From the human T2T-CHM13v2.0 reference genome, Homo sapiens, in assembly GCF_009914755.1 (NCBI RefSeq), contig NC_060934.1: DNA of 64,000 nucleotides; one strand, given 5' to 3'. This document shows, piece by piece, positions 18,174 to 31,837 of the stretch. A program made the translations under genes and the position numbers. A model generated the notes under the pieces. It was not told the origin of the DNA. It saw only the letters and a list, made by a program, of their open reading frames with translations, and made no database searches. Positions within the stretch are counted from its first letter, which is position 1, and each line of letters opens with the position of its first letter.

Positions 18174-19769
18174 TACTGATGCTACTATTTTAATATCCTC
18201 CTTCTCTTAAACAAATCATCATACTCTGTTCCAGGGAGAATTTCCCAGCTACGAGGGCTTTTGTCTAGGTTGAAAATGGCATGGGTTGGTAAGCCCTGTA
18301 CTCTAATGTAGAAGGAAGGAGGCTAAGTAGGTTCCATGGACATCATTCCTGCCTGTGGGCATGTGTGTCCCACAGCTGATTGGGAAGGGGAAGAGAGAGG
18401 AAGGGAGCATGAATGAGAAGGGGAGGAGAGAGGCTCTGGGGGAGGACTTTGGGTTCTCGGTGAGGGATGAGAGCCACAGAAGACACAGAAATGCTCCCTC
18501 TGCATTGTTTCCATCCTGCCTCCTCCTCCCTCCTCTGACCACCCAGCCCTGGACTCAGGAGACACCAGTTGGTACCTGGTGATATTTCTAAATAACTCAG
18601 GGCAGAGAAACTGCAGGATTCAACATTCCTGGCTGTGTTTTTAATGAAGCCCTTGAAGCTTGGTGAGAGGTGATGGGAGAGATGGATATAATTTCGGATG
18701 GGCACTTTCTGTTGGTAGAAAGGACTCAGCCCATTTGTTAAGAACCTTGTCTTGGGAACTATTTTGTCTTTTTCAAAAAACTCAGTATAGGATGGAAGAA
18801 AAAGCCCAGGCTTCAGAGCAAGGTGGACTCTAGTTTAAATTCAAATGCTGCTCTGACCTTCTGTCTCTCTCCTTGTACTTCTTCTAATTCTCCAAACTGA
18901 GTATTTGAGTTAGATTTCTTCATGACTTACTACAGAGGTCTTTGGTTTAGGCAATGTGGCAATTAATCTAGGTAGTTTAGGGAGATTTACCAGATTGGAG
19001 AATGATGAGAAAAGAAGAGATGATACCTATGAGGCTAATATTGAGGAAGGAGAATACAATATTAACAAAACAGGCAAGGGAATTTAAGCCATTTGGTCAT
19101 TTGGAGCCATTAAGTGAAGGAAAAATGGAAAATTGACAGATCATAAGAGCCACTGGCACATCACCCACTGTAATACAATATTATCTTCTATGTCCAGAAG
19201 AATGGAAAGTCTAGAAAAAAATGTTATACTCGATACACTCTATTCAAGAAGAAAAGGTATGGCATTTATAATTATTTCTACCCAAGTTACTTAAGGAAAA
19301 AACATTTGGCATTAAGTGTATAATTTTAAATTATTTCAAAATTCAAGTTAATGTAATTGCTCTCTTTTTCATGATGTACATAAATAAGATGGCATCAGTA
19401 GCCCATACTTGGAACAGATTTGATTCAACTTTCTGTACCACATTTGGCACCAGGAGAAAGCTGACACTACCCTGATACACTTACTACAATGGTGTTATTA
19501 GAATCAGGAAAACAGTACCCTTCTTTGGTTGGTTAGTGGAAAGTTTTTAAAAAGTATATCAGAATTTCAAAAAGTATTGAAGGTTAATAAAGGAGGAAAG
19601 CCCTTTTTGTTTTGTGAAATGAATTAACACAGTAATACATTCAGAACTGCATCTGAATCTGAGGAAGTCTATCTAAATTTTAGTTAATATTGTCATCATC
19701 CTCTTTATCATACTTCACAGATTCTATGGGATACTTTGAAATTGTAAAAAAAAAAAAAAAAAAACACTG

Positions 19770-21545
19770 TTAGGATATGTATGACGAAAATTACAAAATG
19801 CTGACAAAAAAATCAAAGAAGACCTAAATTAATAGAGAGACATGCCGTATTCACAGATTGGAAGACTGAAATAGAAGAAATGTCAATTATTCCAAAATTG
19901 ACCTATAGTGTGGTGCAATTCTTAACAAAATACCAGCAAATATTTTGTAGACATAGACAAGCTTATTCTAAAATATGTATATAAATGTTTAAGTCCTAGA
20001 ATAACTGAAATGCCAACTTTAAGAAAAAGGAGAATAAAGTGGAAGGAATCACTCTACTGAATATTAAGGTTTACTCTATAGCTATAGTAATTGATCATGT
20101 GATGTTGGTGGATGGACGGATGCATGGGTCCATAGAGCAGAATAGAGAACCCAGTAAAGGTACAAAGGTAATTCAGTGGAGGAAACACAGCCTTAAAAAA
20201 AAAAGTAAACTGTAAATCCCACATCTCCATGTCTTATACAAAATCTTACACAAAAGTAACTCAAAGTAGACCACAGACGTAAACTATAAAACTTTTAGGA
20301 AAAAATAAAGGAGAAAATCTTTGGGATCTAGAGCAAGATGAAGATATCTTAGATTCAATACCAAAAGCACCATCCATAAAAGGAAAAATGGAAGAAATGG
20401 ATTTCATCAAAATGGAAAGCTTTCATTCTGTGAAAGATTGCCTTAAAGGGATGAACAACAAGCCATAAACTGCGAGGAAATATCTGCAACTCACTTGCCT
20501 GACAAAGAACTAGTGTCTAGACTACACAAAGAACTCTCAAAACTTATCAGCAAAAACAAACAATTAAATCAGAAATGGGCAAAAGACACAAAGACTTTTC
20601 AGAGAAGACGATACATGGATATATGGATAGGCACATGATAAGATGCTAAACTATATTAGTCATTCAGGAAATGCAAATGAAAACCACACGAGGTACCATA
20701 TGAGTCCACACATCACGGAATGGCTGTTGTGAAAAGCAGTGGCCACAATAAAGGCTGAGAAGGGCCCGGGTGGGTCCCTCATGCCTTGTCTGAGAGGTGG
20801 AACAGTGCAGCCACTCTGGAGGGATGTTTATTATTAAACTAAACGTGATTACAATGCAAACCACCAATTAAACTCTTGGGCATTTACCCCAGAGGGCATG
20901 GAAATTTATGTTCACACAGAAAATTTGTAGTGATGTTTATAGCAGCTGCGTTCATATGAGCCCCAAACTGGAATCCGCCCAGATGTTCTTTCACAGGTTA
21001 ATGCTTAGATGAATTGCAATGTGGCTTATTGTGGAATACTACTCAGCAATGAAAAGGAACGAAATATGAATGAATGCAAGACCTGGATGAGTGTGTGAAG
21101 AATTATGCTGAGTGAAAAGACATGATTCCAAATACATACTGCATGATTGCATTTATATAATATTTATGAAATATCAACATTATAGAAATGGAGAACAGAC
21201 CAGTGGCCACCAGATATTAAAGTTATGGGGAGTGGGGTTGGAAGGTGGCTGCATGGTCATCAAGGGGCCCTGTGGGATGGGTGATCTGTGTCCTGACAGT
21301 GCAGGTGGGCACACAACCTACACCTGGGATAAAATTACATGGAGCTAAACAAACGCAAGTACAATTAAAACTGGGGAAACGTGAGCGAGCCAGGGGATTG
21401 TCAATGCCTGTCTGTCTGTGAGGCGTTGTGCTCCGGCTCTTCAAGGTATAACTACTGAGGGACACTGGGCACAGGTACATGGGCTCTTTCTGTACTATGT
21501 CCTAGAACGCTGTGAATCTACAATTGTCAGAACTAAAAGCTTAAA
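19770..21545 (+). mobile_element. Old L1M (L1MC/MD-like) ORF2 3' part and 3' UTR
   Basis: Degenerate ORF2 text (GAAAATTACAAAATGCTG...GAAGACCTAAAT; GGAAATGCAAATGAAAACCAC; TGGAATACTACTCAGCAATGAAAAGGAA) followed by an L1M-type 3' UTR. Confidence 0.8.
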
Positions 21546-22967
21546 CATGCACTTACACTCACACGAAGTTCTGGGCCTCACGCCAAACCTACAAATCTGT
21601 ACTCTTGGGAAGGGAAGCTACAGTGTCTGCTCCACATGCTGCTCAGGGGTTCTGCAAAGGACCCAGCCTGACATGTCACAGATAGTGTCCATGAACCTCC
21701 GTGGACACAGAGTCCTCTACCGGGGGGTCCCTCCTCATGAGAACATCCCGAACGCTGGGGCCATGACAACTTCATGCCGCACCTCTCTTCACCTCTTCAT
21801 GAGGACTTCCGACTGCACGCCTAACACTTTGCTTCCGCTCCTGCACCCCAAGTGTATTCTATGCTCTCACCTCCTATGTTTTAGCTGTTTGGGGCGAGGG
21901 TTCATATCCTCACGTTCCAGCAGCACTCCTGCATGTACTGGATAATTCTGATGTTTTCCTAGGGAGGGACTGAGTAGCACTCCCGCATGTAACTCACTGC
22001 AAACAGTTTGGGTGAAATGTAAAGTGGAATTGGAAGCTGACTTCCTCCATATTTAAATATTTCTGTCACTCAGGAAAAGAAATAAGAAAAGTATTCAAAA
22101 CGGGACAAGACCCCGGGACCCCATCTGTTTTTCCAGCTCCGCCTTCCTCCTCCATGGAGACTGTTCACCAGGCGGTTGTGAGACAGCCCCTGAAGTCCTC
22201 CCACATCTTTCTTGTACTAGAGACTCAAGCTTCCTTCTCAGTCCTGGGAGAAGGAAGACCATGTGGGACGGAGGAAAGCACTGGGCACCTGCACTTCTGA
22301 AAACAGATGCCTAAGAGCCATCGACTGCCATTAGAATATCCGCACCTGAGAACAAGCTGTTCATTCTGGAGGTGAATTAATCATCCCAAAGCCCGGGACA
22401 TAGTGATTCTCCTGTTTAAACTCCTAACGCCTCAGAATATAGTTTCTCTAAGTTTACAATACTTGCTTTGCTGAGATAGTTTACTAATCAACTCTCTCAC
22501 AGGAAACCATTCGAATCGAAGAGAGAAGGCAATAAAAAGTTAAAACAGTAGATATGTAAACAGTAAGATACTCTTATCTTGGAAAACTGAATGCAAGTGA
22601 ATTTGACCATTCCCCCCATACTTGGTAAAACTTACCCATTTTGGTGTCTTGTCCACAGAGTGAAACACACAGAGAACAGGAAGTCACTATCTTCAGCTTT
22701 ACTGTGCTGCTAGGAACTTTGCAGCACACAAGGCTGAGCCGATTTTAACTCACTAATTATGATGCTCTGGGGAAGTGCCTTGGTAACTGACTGAGTCCCT
22801 CACTAGGAAAACATCAGAACTATCCAATAACTCCAGGTGGGCACCCATGGAGGGGCAAAAGTGTAACTGCTGAACTATCTGAACCATTCTGTGACGTGGG
22901 CAAACTGAGAAGGGTGATCTGGCAGGAAAGGCGAGACCCCACGAGGGAGATGACCCTGTGCTAATTC

Positions 22968-23047
22968 CGTTTCTGTCACTGTCTTTCTATGAACTCTGAA
23001 AAGTAACCATTTCTGTCACTGTTTTTATATGAACTTGGGAAAGTAAC
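22968..23047. repeat. 40-bp tandem duplication
   Basis: TTCTGTCACTGT.TTT.TATGAACT..G.AAAGTAAC at 22971 and 23011. Confidence 0.85.
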
Positions 23048-23170
23048 TTTTCTCTGGATCCCAACATGAAATTTGACTATTTTTATAAAAGCCGAGGAAG
23101 ATGGAGGAGGAAATGAGCAGAAGAAAAAGAAGAAAAACAGGAAGCACAAGAATGTTAAACCCATAGGGCT

Positions 23171-24648
23171 CCTTCCCACAACACAGTGCCTCCTCACAGC
23201 TCAGCGTCTCCTCACAGCGCCTCCCCATGGCACGGCGCCTCCCGACGGCACGGCGCCTCTGGTAGCACAGCCCCTCCCCACGGCCCAGCGCCTCCCCACG
23301 GCCCAGCGCCTCCCCACGGCACAGCGCCTCCCCACTGCCCAGCGCCTCCCCACGGCACAGCGCCTCCCCACGGCACAGCGCCTCCCCACTGCCCAGCGCC
23401 TCCCCACTGCCCAGCGCCTCCCCACTGCCCAGCGCCTCCCCACTGCCCAGCGCCTCCCCACGGCACAGCGCCTCCCCACTGCCCAGCGCCTCCCCACGGC
23501 CCAGCGCCTCCCCACGGCCCAGCGCCTCCCCACGGCACAGCGCCTCCCCACGGCACAGCGCCTCCCCACGGCACAGCGCCTCCCCACTGCCCAGCGCCTC
23601 CCCACTGCCCAGCGCCTCCCCACTGCACAGCGCCTCCTCACTGCACAGCGCCTCCCCACGGCACAGCGCCTCACTGCACAGCGCCTCCTCACTGCACAGT
23701 GCCTCGTCACAGTTTAGTGCCTGCCCACAGTTCAGCGCCTCCCCAAGGCACAGCGCCTCCTCACAGTTCAGCGCCTCCCCACGGCACAGCACCTCCTCAC
23801 TGCCCAGCGCCTCCTCACTGCCCAGCGCCTCCTCACTGCCCAGCGCCTCCCCACGGCACAGCACCTCCTCACTGCCCAGCGCCTCCTCACTGCACAGCGC
23901 CTCCTCACTGCCCAGCGCCTCCCCACGGCACAGCGCCTCCCCACTGCACAGCGCCTCCCCACTGCCCAGCGCCTCCCCACTGCCCAGCGCCTCCCCACGG
24001 CCCAGCGCCTCCTCACTGCACAGCGCCTCCTCACTGCACAGCGCCTCCTCACTGCACAGCGCCTCCTCACTGCCCAGCGCCTCCCCACGGCACAGCGCCT
24101 CCTCACTGCCCAGCGCCTCCGCACTGCACAGCGCCTCCTCACTGCCCAGCGCCTCCCCATGGCACAGCGCCTCCTCACTGCCCAGCGCCTCCTCACGGCC
24201 CAGCGCCTCCTCACTGCACAGCGCCTCCTCACTGCACAGCGCCTCCTCACTGCCCAGCGCCTCCCCACGGCACAGCGCCTCCTCACTGCCCAGCGCCTCC
24301 GCACTGCACAGCGCCTCCTCACTGCACAGCGCCTCGTCACAGTTTAGTGCCTACCCACAGTTCAGCACCTCCCACGGCACAGCGCCTCACTGCACAGCGC
24401 CTCCTCACAGCTCAGCGCCTCCCCACAGCACAGCGCCTCCTCACAGTTCAGCATCTCCTCACAGCTCAGCACCTCACAGCTCAGTGCCTCCTCACAGCTC
24501 AGCGCCTCCTCACAGCTCAGCGCCTCCTCACAGCTCAGCGCCTCCTCACAGTTCAGCATCTCCTCACAGCACAGCACCTCCTCACAGTTCAGTGTCTCAC
24601 CAGTACTCAGCGCCTCCTCACAGCGCCTCCCCACAGCAAGGCGCCTCC
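23171..24648. repeat. GC-rich minisatellite (VNTR), 18-bp unit, ~1.5 kb
   Basis: Unit CAGCGCCTCC(C/T)CAC(G/T)GC(A/C) repeated roughly 80 times. It produces the TAQRLP, PPHCPA and RRWAVG pseudo-ORFs. Confidence 0.97.
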
Positions 24649-25348
24649 GCATTCTGGGGGCACGGATTGCAGGGAAGTTGCACTGGAGGAAATGACATGC
24701 GAGGAAGCCTTACAGTAACCCAGTCGGGAAATGGTGGGACCCACATGAAGCAGCTCAGCAGGCGTGGAGAGGCAGCGCAGGCTCCGGAAATGTTGAAATA
24801 GAGGAGTCAGTGTGTGTTGGAAGGACAACACCCATGACGTGGAGATGAGCGATTGTGGCGGCACAGGGACCCCTCTATGGGAGGCAAGGAGGGATTCTGG
24901 AACCCCTGACTGTAGTCAACGAAGGGCAGCATCCAGGAAATTGGCAGTTAACAGCAGTGGAGGGTGGAAGGGATAGGACTGCAAAATGGCATTGGCCTCG
25001 AAGAAAGGCTCTTAAGGGTGGAAAAGTGGGTTTAGAAGTTGTGTTAGGGAATTGGTAGACACCACGCCAATGTGATGAAATGAGCAGACACTACCTGAAA
25101 ATCAACCACGTAACGTTCAGTTATTCCATTCAAACCCGCGTCCTGTTTTTTTTTCTTGAACAGTGCAAACATTATTACATACTTCAATTATTCTTATCAT
25201 CATATTTTGCAGACATTCCTGGAGCGGGACAGCCTCCTGGGAGTGTTTACAGAACAGAGGGGATGGGATTATGCCAGCGTAAAAATCCCCCTCCAGAGCT
25301 TGGCATGTAAAACTTCGATTTCATTTTGCTTACCAAGAAGCAGAACAA

Positions 25349-25661
25349 GGCCAAGCGTACTGGCTCATATCTGTAACCCCAGCACTTTGAGATGTATGAG
25401 GCAGGAGGATTACTTGGGCCCAGGGATTTGAGACCAGGCTGGGCAACATAGTGAGACACCCGACTCTACAAAAATAGAAAAAATAACTGGTCATGGTGGT
25501 GTGTGTCTGCAGTCCCAGCCACTTGGGAGGCTGAGGTGGGAGAATCACCTGAACACAGGTGGGAAAGTCAAGGCTGCAGTGAGCCATGATTGCACCACTG
25601 CACTCCAGCTGGGGTGACAGAACAAGACCCTGTCTTAAAAAAAAAAAAAAAAAAAAAAAAA
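25349..25661 (+). mobile_element. Alu, old (AluJ-like), antisense to ADARB2
   Basis: GGCCAAGCGTACTGGCTCATATCTGTAACCCCAGCACTTTG...GTCAAGGCTGCAGTGAGCCATGATTGCACCACTGCACTCCAGC, followed by a long poly(A). Confidence 0.93.
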
Positions 25662-26569
25662 GCAGGTCTGCAGAAGTTAGTTGCTGTGCTAATTTATGAC
25701 ATATCTGGTTCAGACACACTGCTCTGATTAAATATGAAGTTCACACCCCAGTGTGGGCAGCCTGTGGCAGGTATGCAGATAAAGGATTTAACAAAGCACT
25801 GCGATATTACATTTCAGCACGACAGAGAGCATCTCGGCAGCTGTCTGCATTCTGTGCCTGCTGCCAGTTGAGATGTGAAAATTGTCAGACTATTTCTAAA
25901 TGGAAATCTAGGCATTCACAGTAATGAACATGTGAATAAAAAAATAAAAACCTCTACTGTTAAATTTGTTCCAGTGATTCTTAAGAGTTTAAATGATTAA
26001 ATCTCTAAAAATGTATCCCTTGTTTAAGCTCTTTCAGACCAGAAGCAGGATGCCCTGACCTTTTGAAATTCTGAACCCACTGTCCATGTGCGAAGGCTGT
26101 GGCCTGACCTGGCTGGGTGCCTGAGTCACACCCAGGGCGCCTGGGTTCTGTAGAAAATGTCTTTAGGCTGAGTGTCTTGGTCTCCTGACCCTTGCTGGGA
26201 TCCAGGTGGTGGTTTCTGCCCCATCAGCTCCCCTGCACTTGGCTGCTCCATCTGGGTCCTCTAGTGGGTGTTGGTCTAGAGGGTTCATTAATCCCTCCGC
26301 CTCCCTGATGGCTGCTTTTAAGATCTGTTTATTCGATGGTGTGGGACAAACAACATCCCTGCCAGGCACTGGTCCCTGATTCTGGAGCCGCGAACCACCT
26401 GGGGGCTTGGTTTGTTCTGGGAAATAGGACTGGACAGAAGCGTTTGTAAGAGTGGGCGGGACCAGGCAGGGGTGGTTATCCCGATTTGCTGATGCTCCTC
26501 ATGAAGGCTCCGGACCAGGGGCTGTGAATCAGGGCCTCAGAACTACTAAAGCCAGGTAGAAGAAGTGCC

Positions 26570-26593
26570 TTTTTTTTTTTTTTTTTTTTTTTT
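26570..26593. repeat. Poly(T) tract (24 nt)
   Basis: Uninterrupted T run. Confidence 0.9.
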
Positions 26594-27084
26594 CTCTTAA
26601 ACACATTTAGATAGGACGGGAATGTTTTCCAGGGCTGGATGACCTGTTCAATGATGCATTATCTCTTCCCTTGCATGGTATTTTATGATTTTGGATATTT
26701 CTATGACAGTAGGGAATACCTGGATAATCAGTGAATTTTGCCCACGTTCTTTTGTGTGTAAGGGTGGTAATAGAGACTTCTTCCCAAGGAGGGCTGAGTC
26801 AGGGTCGATTCAGCCATGGGCCGTCCTAGGGTGTTGGCAGGCATCTGAGAGGCAGCAGGTAGAGGATGTGCAGCTGTGAGCCTTTCCCGGCTTAGGCTGG
26901 CCATGGTCATGGCCTCAGGGCACCATGCTTGGAGCTGGTGACCTTCGATTGCATGATATGCACCCCAAGTACTTTAGAGCATTCTCTCCACATTTGCATG
27001 CTCACTCATTTATAGAGGATCTATAAATCACTCTATTAATTTGTAAAACATATACAAAAATATAAATTTAAAATGATGAGATAT

Positions 27085-28400
27085 GCTCAGACAGGAATAA
27101 AGATGAATTTCCTCAACCTGATAAACAGCATCTACAAAACTCCCACAGTCAACACCATGTGAAATGGGGAAATGCTGGGCTTGTCCCCTGAGAGCAGAAC
27201 TGGGGCAAAGATGTTGGCTCTCACCAGTGCTGATGGTTCTACTCAACGTTGCACTGAAGGTTCCAGATGAAATGCTTAAACCCTTAGAAGAAAGCACAGA
27301 AGTAAATCTTTGTGCTCTTGCTTTAGGCAACGATTCATTAGCTAGGACACCAAAAGCACAAGTCATGAAAAGAAAAAATAGATAAATTGGGCTTCATCAG
27401 AATAAAAAAGTTTGGTACTTTAAAGGACACCATTAAGAAAATGAAAAGACAACCCACAGAATGGGAGAAAATATTTGTAAGTCATATATCTGATGAGGCA
27501 CTGATAAGACATTCTCCTATGTCTGATAATGGTATGATATACCCGAATACATAATAACATTTTATAACTCAGCAATAAGTAGGCCCAAATAAAAATAGAT
27601 CAAGGATTAGAATACATATTTCTCCAAAGAAGACATAGAAATGGCAAATGGTACATTAAAAGATGCTCAATATCATTAATACTTAGAGAAATTAAAATCA
27701 AAACTACAATGAGACACCATTTCACACCCACTAGGATGGCTACAATCAGAAAGATAATAACAAGTGTTGACAAGGATGTGGAGAAATTGGAACCCTCATA
27801 CATTTCTGATGGGATTCAAAATGATGCAACCAGCTTGGAAATTTCTCAAAATGTTAAATACATTTTAACTCATCAATCCTACTGCCAAGTATATACCCAA
27901 GAGAAATAAAAACATATATCTACATAAAACCACATATTCAAGTGTTCACAGTGGCAATATTCATAATAGACAAAAAGTAGAAATGACCCAAATGTTGGAT
28001 GGATCAGCTGACAAATGGATAAATGAGATTCTGGACATCCATACAGTGGAATATTACTCAGCTATAAAAAGAAATGAAGTTCTGACGTATGCCACACCCT
28101 AAAGACACCAAACTTAGAGAAGCCAGACACAAATGCTCACTTATGTGTGATTCTATTTACCTGAAATGTCCAGAATAGGCAAATCATAGAGACAGAAAGA
28201 TCAGTGGTTGCTAGGGGCCAGGGGAGGGGAAAATGCTAACAGGTTTGTTGTGAGGTCAGAAAAATGTTCCAAAATTCCTATCCAAAGATAAGAATGATGG
28301 TTGCAGAACACTGTGAATATAGTAAAGACCTTTGAATTGTACTTTAAAGGGTGATTTTTATGGTATCTGATTTATAGCCCAATTAAGTTGTTATAAAAAT
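27085..28400 (+). mobile_element. Old L1M (L1MB-like) with internal deletion
   Basis: RT-region text (TTCCTCAACCTGATAAA...CTCTCACCAGTGC...CTCAACGTTGCACTGAAGGTTCCAG) jumps at ~27267 to C-terminal ORF2 text (CAATGAGACACCATTTCACACCCACTAGGATGGCT) and an L1MB-style 3' UTR. Confidence 0.8.
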
Positions 28401-28487
28401 GCTGAGATCAAAGTATCAGTAAAAGTTCTAGATTTTTTTCCTTTACCTCAGTGAATCATCTACATATCGCACACTTTGAAGACTTTA

Positions 28488-29105
<618 letters not shown>

Positions 29106-29929
29106 CTAGCATCAGTTTTGTTTTTTTTTTTTTTGCCATCGAACAGGTGTTAAATATCTTTTGTTGATTAAAAATATTACAGTAAAGAATGGCATATTTT
29201 TGATATTTTGAGTTGAGAATTCAAAAGTCTTCCAGAAAGCACAAGACGTTGGCCCCCTGACCTCAGAGGAGAGACACATCAAAGAGAATTCCCCATGTGC
29301 AGGACTGGAGACTTCCAATGTCCCTCCCACTCTAAGTTGTAATTCTGATCTGTGATGGCATCTGTCCAATAGAGACACCACTACTGGTTAATTTGATTAA
29401 TTCAGATGAGATATATCAATTTATTTGAGGAAAAACCCCAAAGCTTCATGTGATTTGTTTGACTAAATTGTCTAATTGATTAAGTTGTAAGAATTTCTCT
29501 GATTACATTGGAAGCAGAGTTACCGTTTTCCCTCTCTCTAGATTTTGAGTTGTCCATTTTTCCCCATCCCCGCAATCAATGGGAGAGACAACTTGTGTTG
29601 ATGGTGGCAGAGCCAGCGATCTGACAACCTTCCTCTGTTAGCCCAGATTTCTGGTCTCCAGCCCTCTCCTGCTATTGAGTTTTGACTCCAATTGCAAGTG
29701 GCCATCTCAGAACACAAATCCCTCAGCTCATAAGAGAAAAGTGCTTGATCCGTTTCTTATTCAATTGCCAAGATCATTTCATGTGCCCCAGACTTGGCTG
29801 AGTTAACTCGATTTCTACTAGCTTTTCTCCTGGTTTTGATTAACTTTGATGCCATAATTGCTTAGTTTGGAGTCATCTGATGTTACACAATCTTTAGGCA
29901 CCTAGTGATGCTTTGCTGGGAAGAAGCTG

Positions 29930-30120
29930 TGGTCTCAATGTGTGCCAGACCCTCTACCTTTGTCTACCATGGCCCTGTGAGCTGGGTGCCCTTACCATCC
30001 AAATTTTCTGCAGCACAGTGGGTCACTTGCTGAAAGAAGGCCTCACAGGGAGAGCCAGGGTTCAGATCCTGAGTTGGGCTCCCAGGTCCAGGACCTCAAC
30101 CACCACATGAAACTGCCTCT
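29930..30120 (-). mobile_element. MIR SINE fragment
   Basis: TGTGCCAGACCCT...CCCTGTGAGCTGGGTGCCCTTACCATCC...CACTTGCTGAAAG...AGAGCCAGGGTTCAGATCCTG pattern. Confidence 0.5.
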
Positions 30121-31837
30121 CTGTGCTCAGATGGGCCCCACTTAATTTTGAGGGTATTTTTTAGTCTCTAGAGGTAATTTTCCTTACACCTCAGCACACT
30201 GTTTTTCTCATCATATTAATACATGATACCTGTAATAGGCAAAGTGTGTATGTGTAACAGAAAATTTTGTACAGAAAAAGCATGCAGAAAGGAGGCTGGG
30301 GAAAGAGACGATGATGATTTATCAACTGCAGACCTCAAAGTCCAATAAAATGAAAAGGAAGCAGCAGCCCGTGAGCTACTATCTGTGGGGCCGATGGTGA
30401 GAGGAGCCGTCTGAGGTGGGATTGCCTGTGCCCTCGGTTCATCCAACTTACCTGTAATGCCACAGGGATGCTAATTCCTAGGGACAAAAAGGCAGCCCAA
30501 ACCTAAAACACAATTCCTGCTTCCTTTGCTACCCAGACTGATGAAATACAAACCTCTCAAAGAAAACAGACATCAAGCACCCCAGTGGTCTTTTTACAAA
30601 CGCCCGTAGCCCCATTATAGAAATGCTTACACGGCAGGTTACTCAGACAGGCCGGAACAACTAGACTGGACACACAATGAAGGTTATTTCTGCCAAGGTG
30701 TGTCTTTAACTTTTCAGGTAGGCAGTAGGCAGGGGCCATGGCAAGACGCAGACTCATGGGCAGAGGCCGGAGGCTGTTTTGTGTTTCCTGGAGCAGCGGT
30801 ACGGCGGGAAACATGGAAGAAGCGGCGGGGTGGCCTAGGTGAGTGTTTAGTAATCTCCAGAAAGTGGAATAATTAATTTGTTAACTAATGACATTCGTAT
30901 GGAAGAGATCAGGCCGCGGCTTTTGGTCGAATACATTTGAAAATATTTTATCAAACGCCCTGCTTGCTGTGACTGTCAAGTGCCATGAGCAGCGATGTCT
31001 AAAGCTGTCATTGTGAGGCTCGTGGACTCCTCACTGTGCTTCCTACAGAGAAATATGCTTCCAGAGAGTAGGAATATTTCTCCACACGTGGGTGCACACA
31101 CATGTGCAAGTGTTTGTATATAATAAATACATTTATAGTGTATTGCATGTTTATATGTGTACATATATATAAATGCATTTATTATCATTCGTATCTGCAA
31201 ATCTGGCTACTCACATGTAGGTTCCTTGGTCAAGATTTATAACTTTAATAGATGAATCTTTAAGATTGCAAGGCCGATTATTTTCTGTGTTATTTGAAGT
31301 TTTCCTTTTACAAATAAAGTTTCTTCAAGAAGTCAACAATATTTGTATAGAGTTAAAATTAGCCTCTTATTTTAATGTTTGATTTTTTTAAAGGGTGTGT
31401 AACGTCTTTGTGAAGCACCTGTGTGTAGCTGGGCCATTGCTGCAAAGGGTCCTCACTTCTGGGACTGGAGCTGGTCCTCATTCCTCAGTGCTTTGACAAA
31501 ACCCTCAGTGCATCTCCAGAATGGCACCAGAAGATTAACTGTCATTATTTGTCCTCACTTCAAACTCTTCCCAGAGCTTAATTCTAACATTTTATCATGA
31601 CTAAAAATCATGTGGGGCCCTTGTTAAAAGTGCAGCCCAAGATAGTATGGTTTGGTAGCTCTGGGTTAAGTGCCCAGGAGCTACATTTTAAACATGACAC
31701 CCAGCCAAGTCTTACGTGTGTGCGTTACAATTCAAACTGTGAGGTCTTCTCAGGGGCAATGGGTTTGTCTTATTTGTCTCTGTGTGTTCCAGCTACCTGC
31801 GCCTGGGGCAGATAGTACTTATTGAGGATGTCTGTGA

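Noticed and set aside
19746-19764. A-run as the tail of a processed pseudogene
   Set aside because: There is no AATAAA at the expected distance, no recognisable mRNA-derived ORF and no TSD.
23025-24718. Long ORFs (214-510 aa) as mucin-like or His/Pro-rich proteins
   Set aside because: They are translations of an 18-bp minisatellite, open in several frames on both strands, mostly with non-ATG starts and no exon structure.
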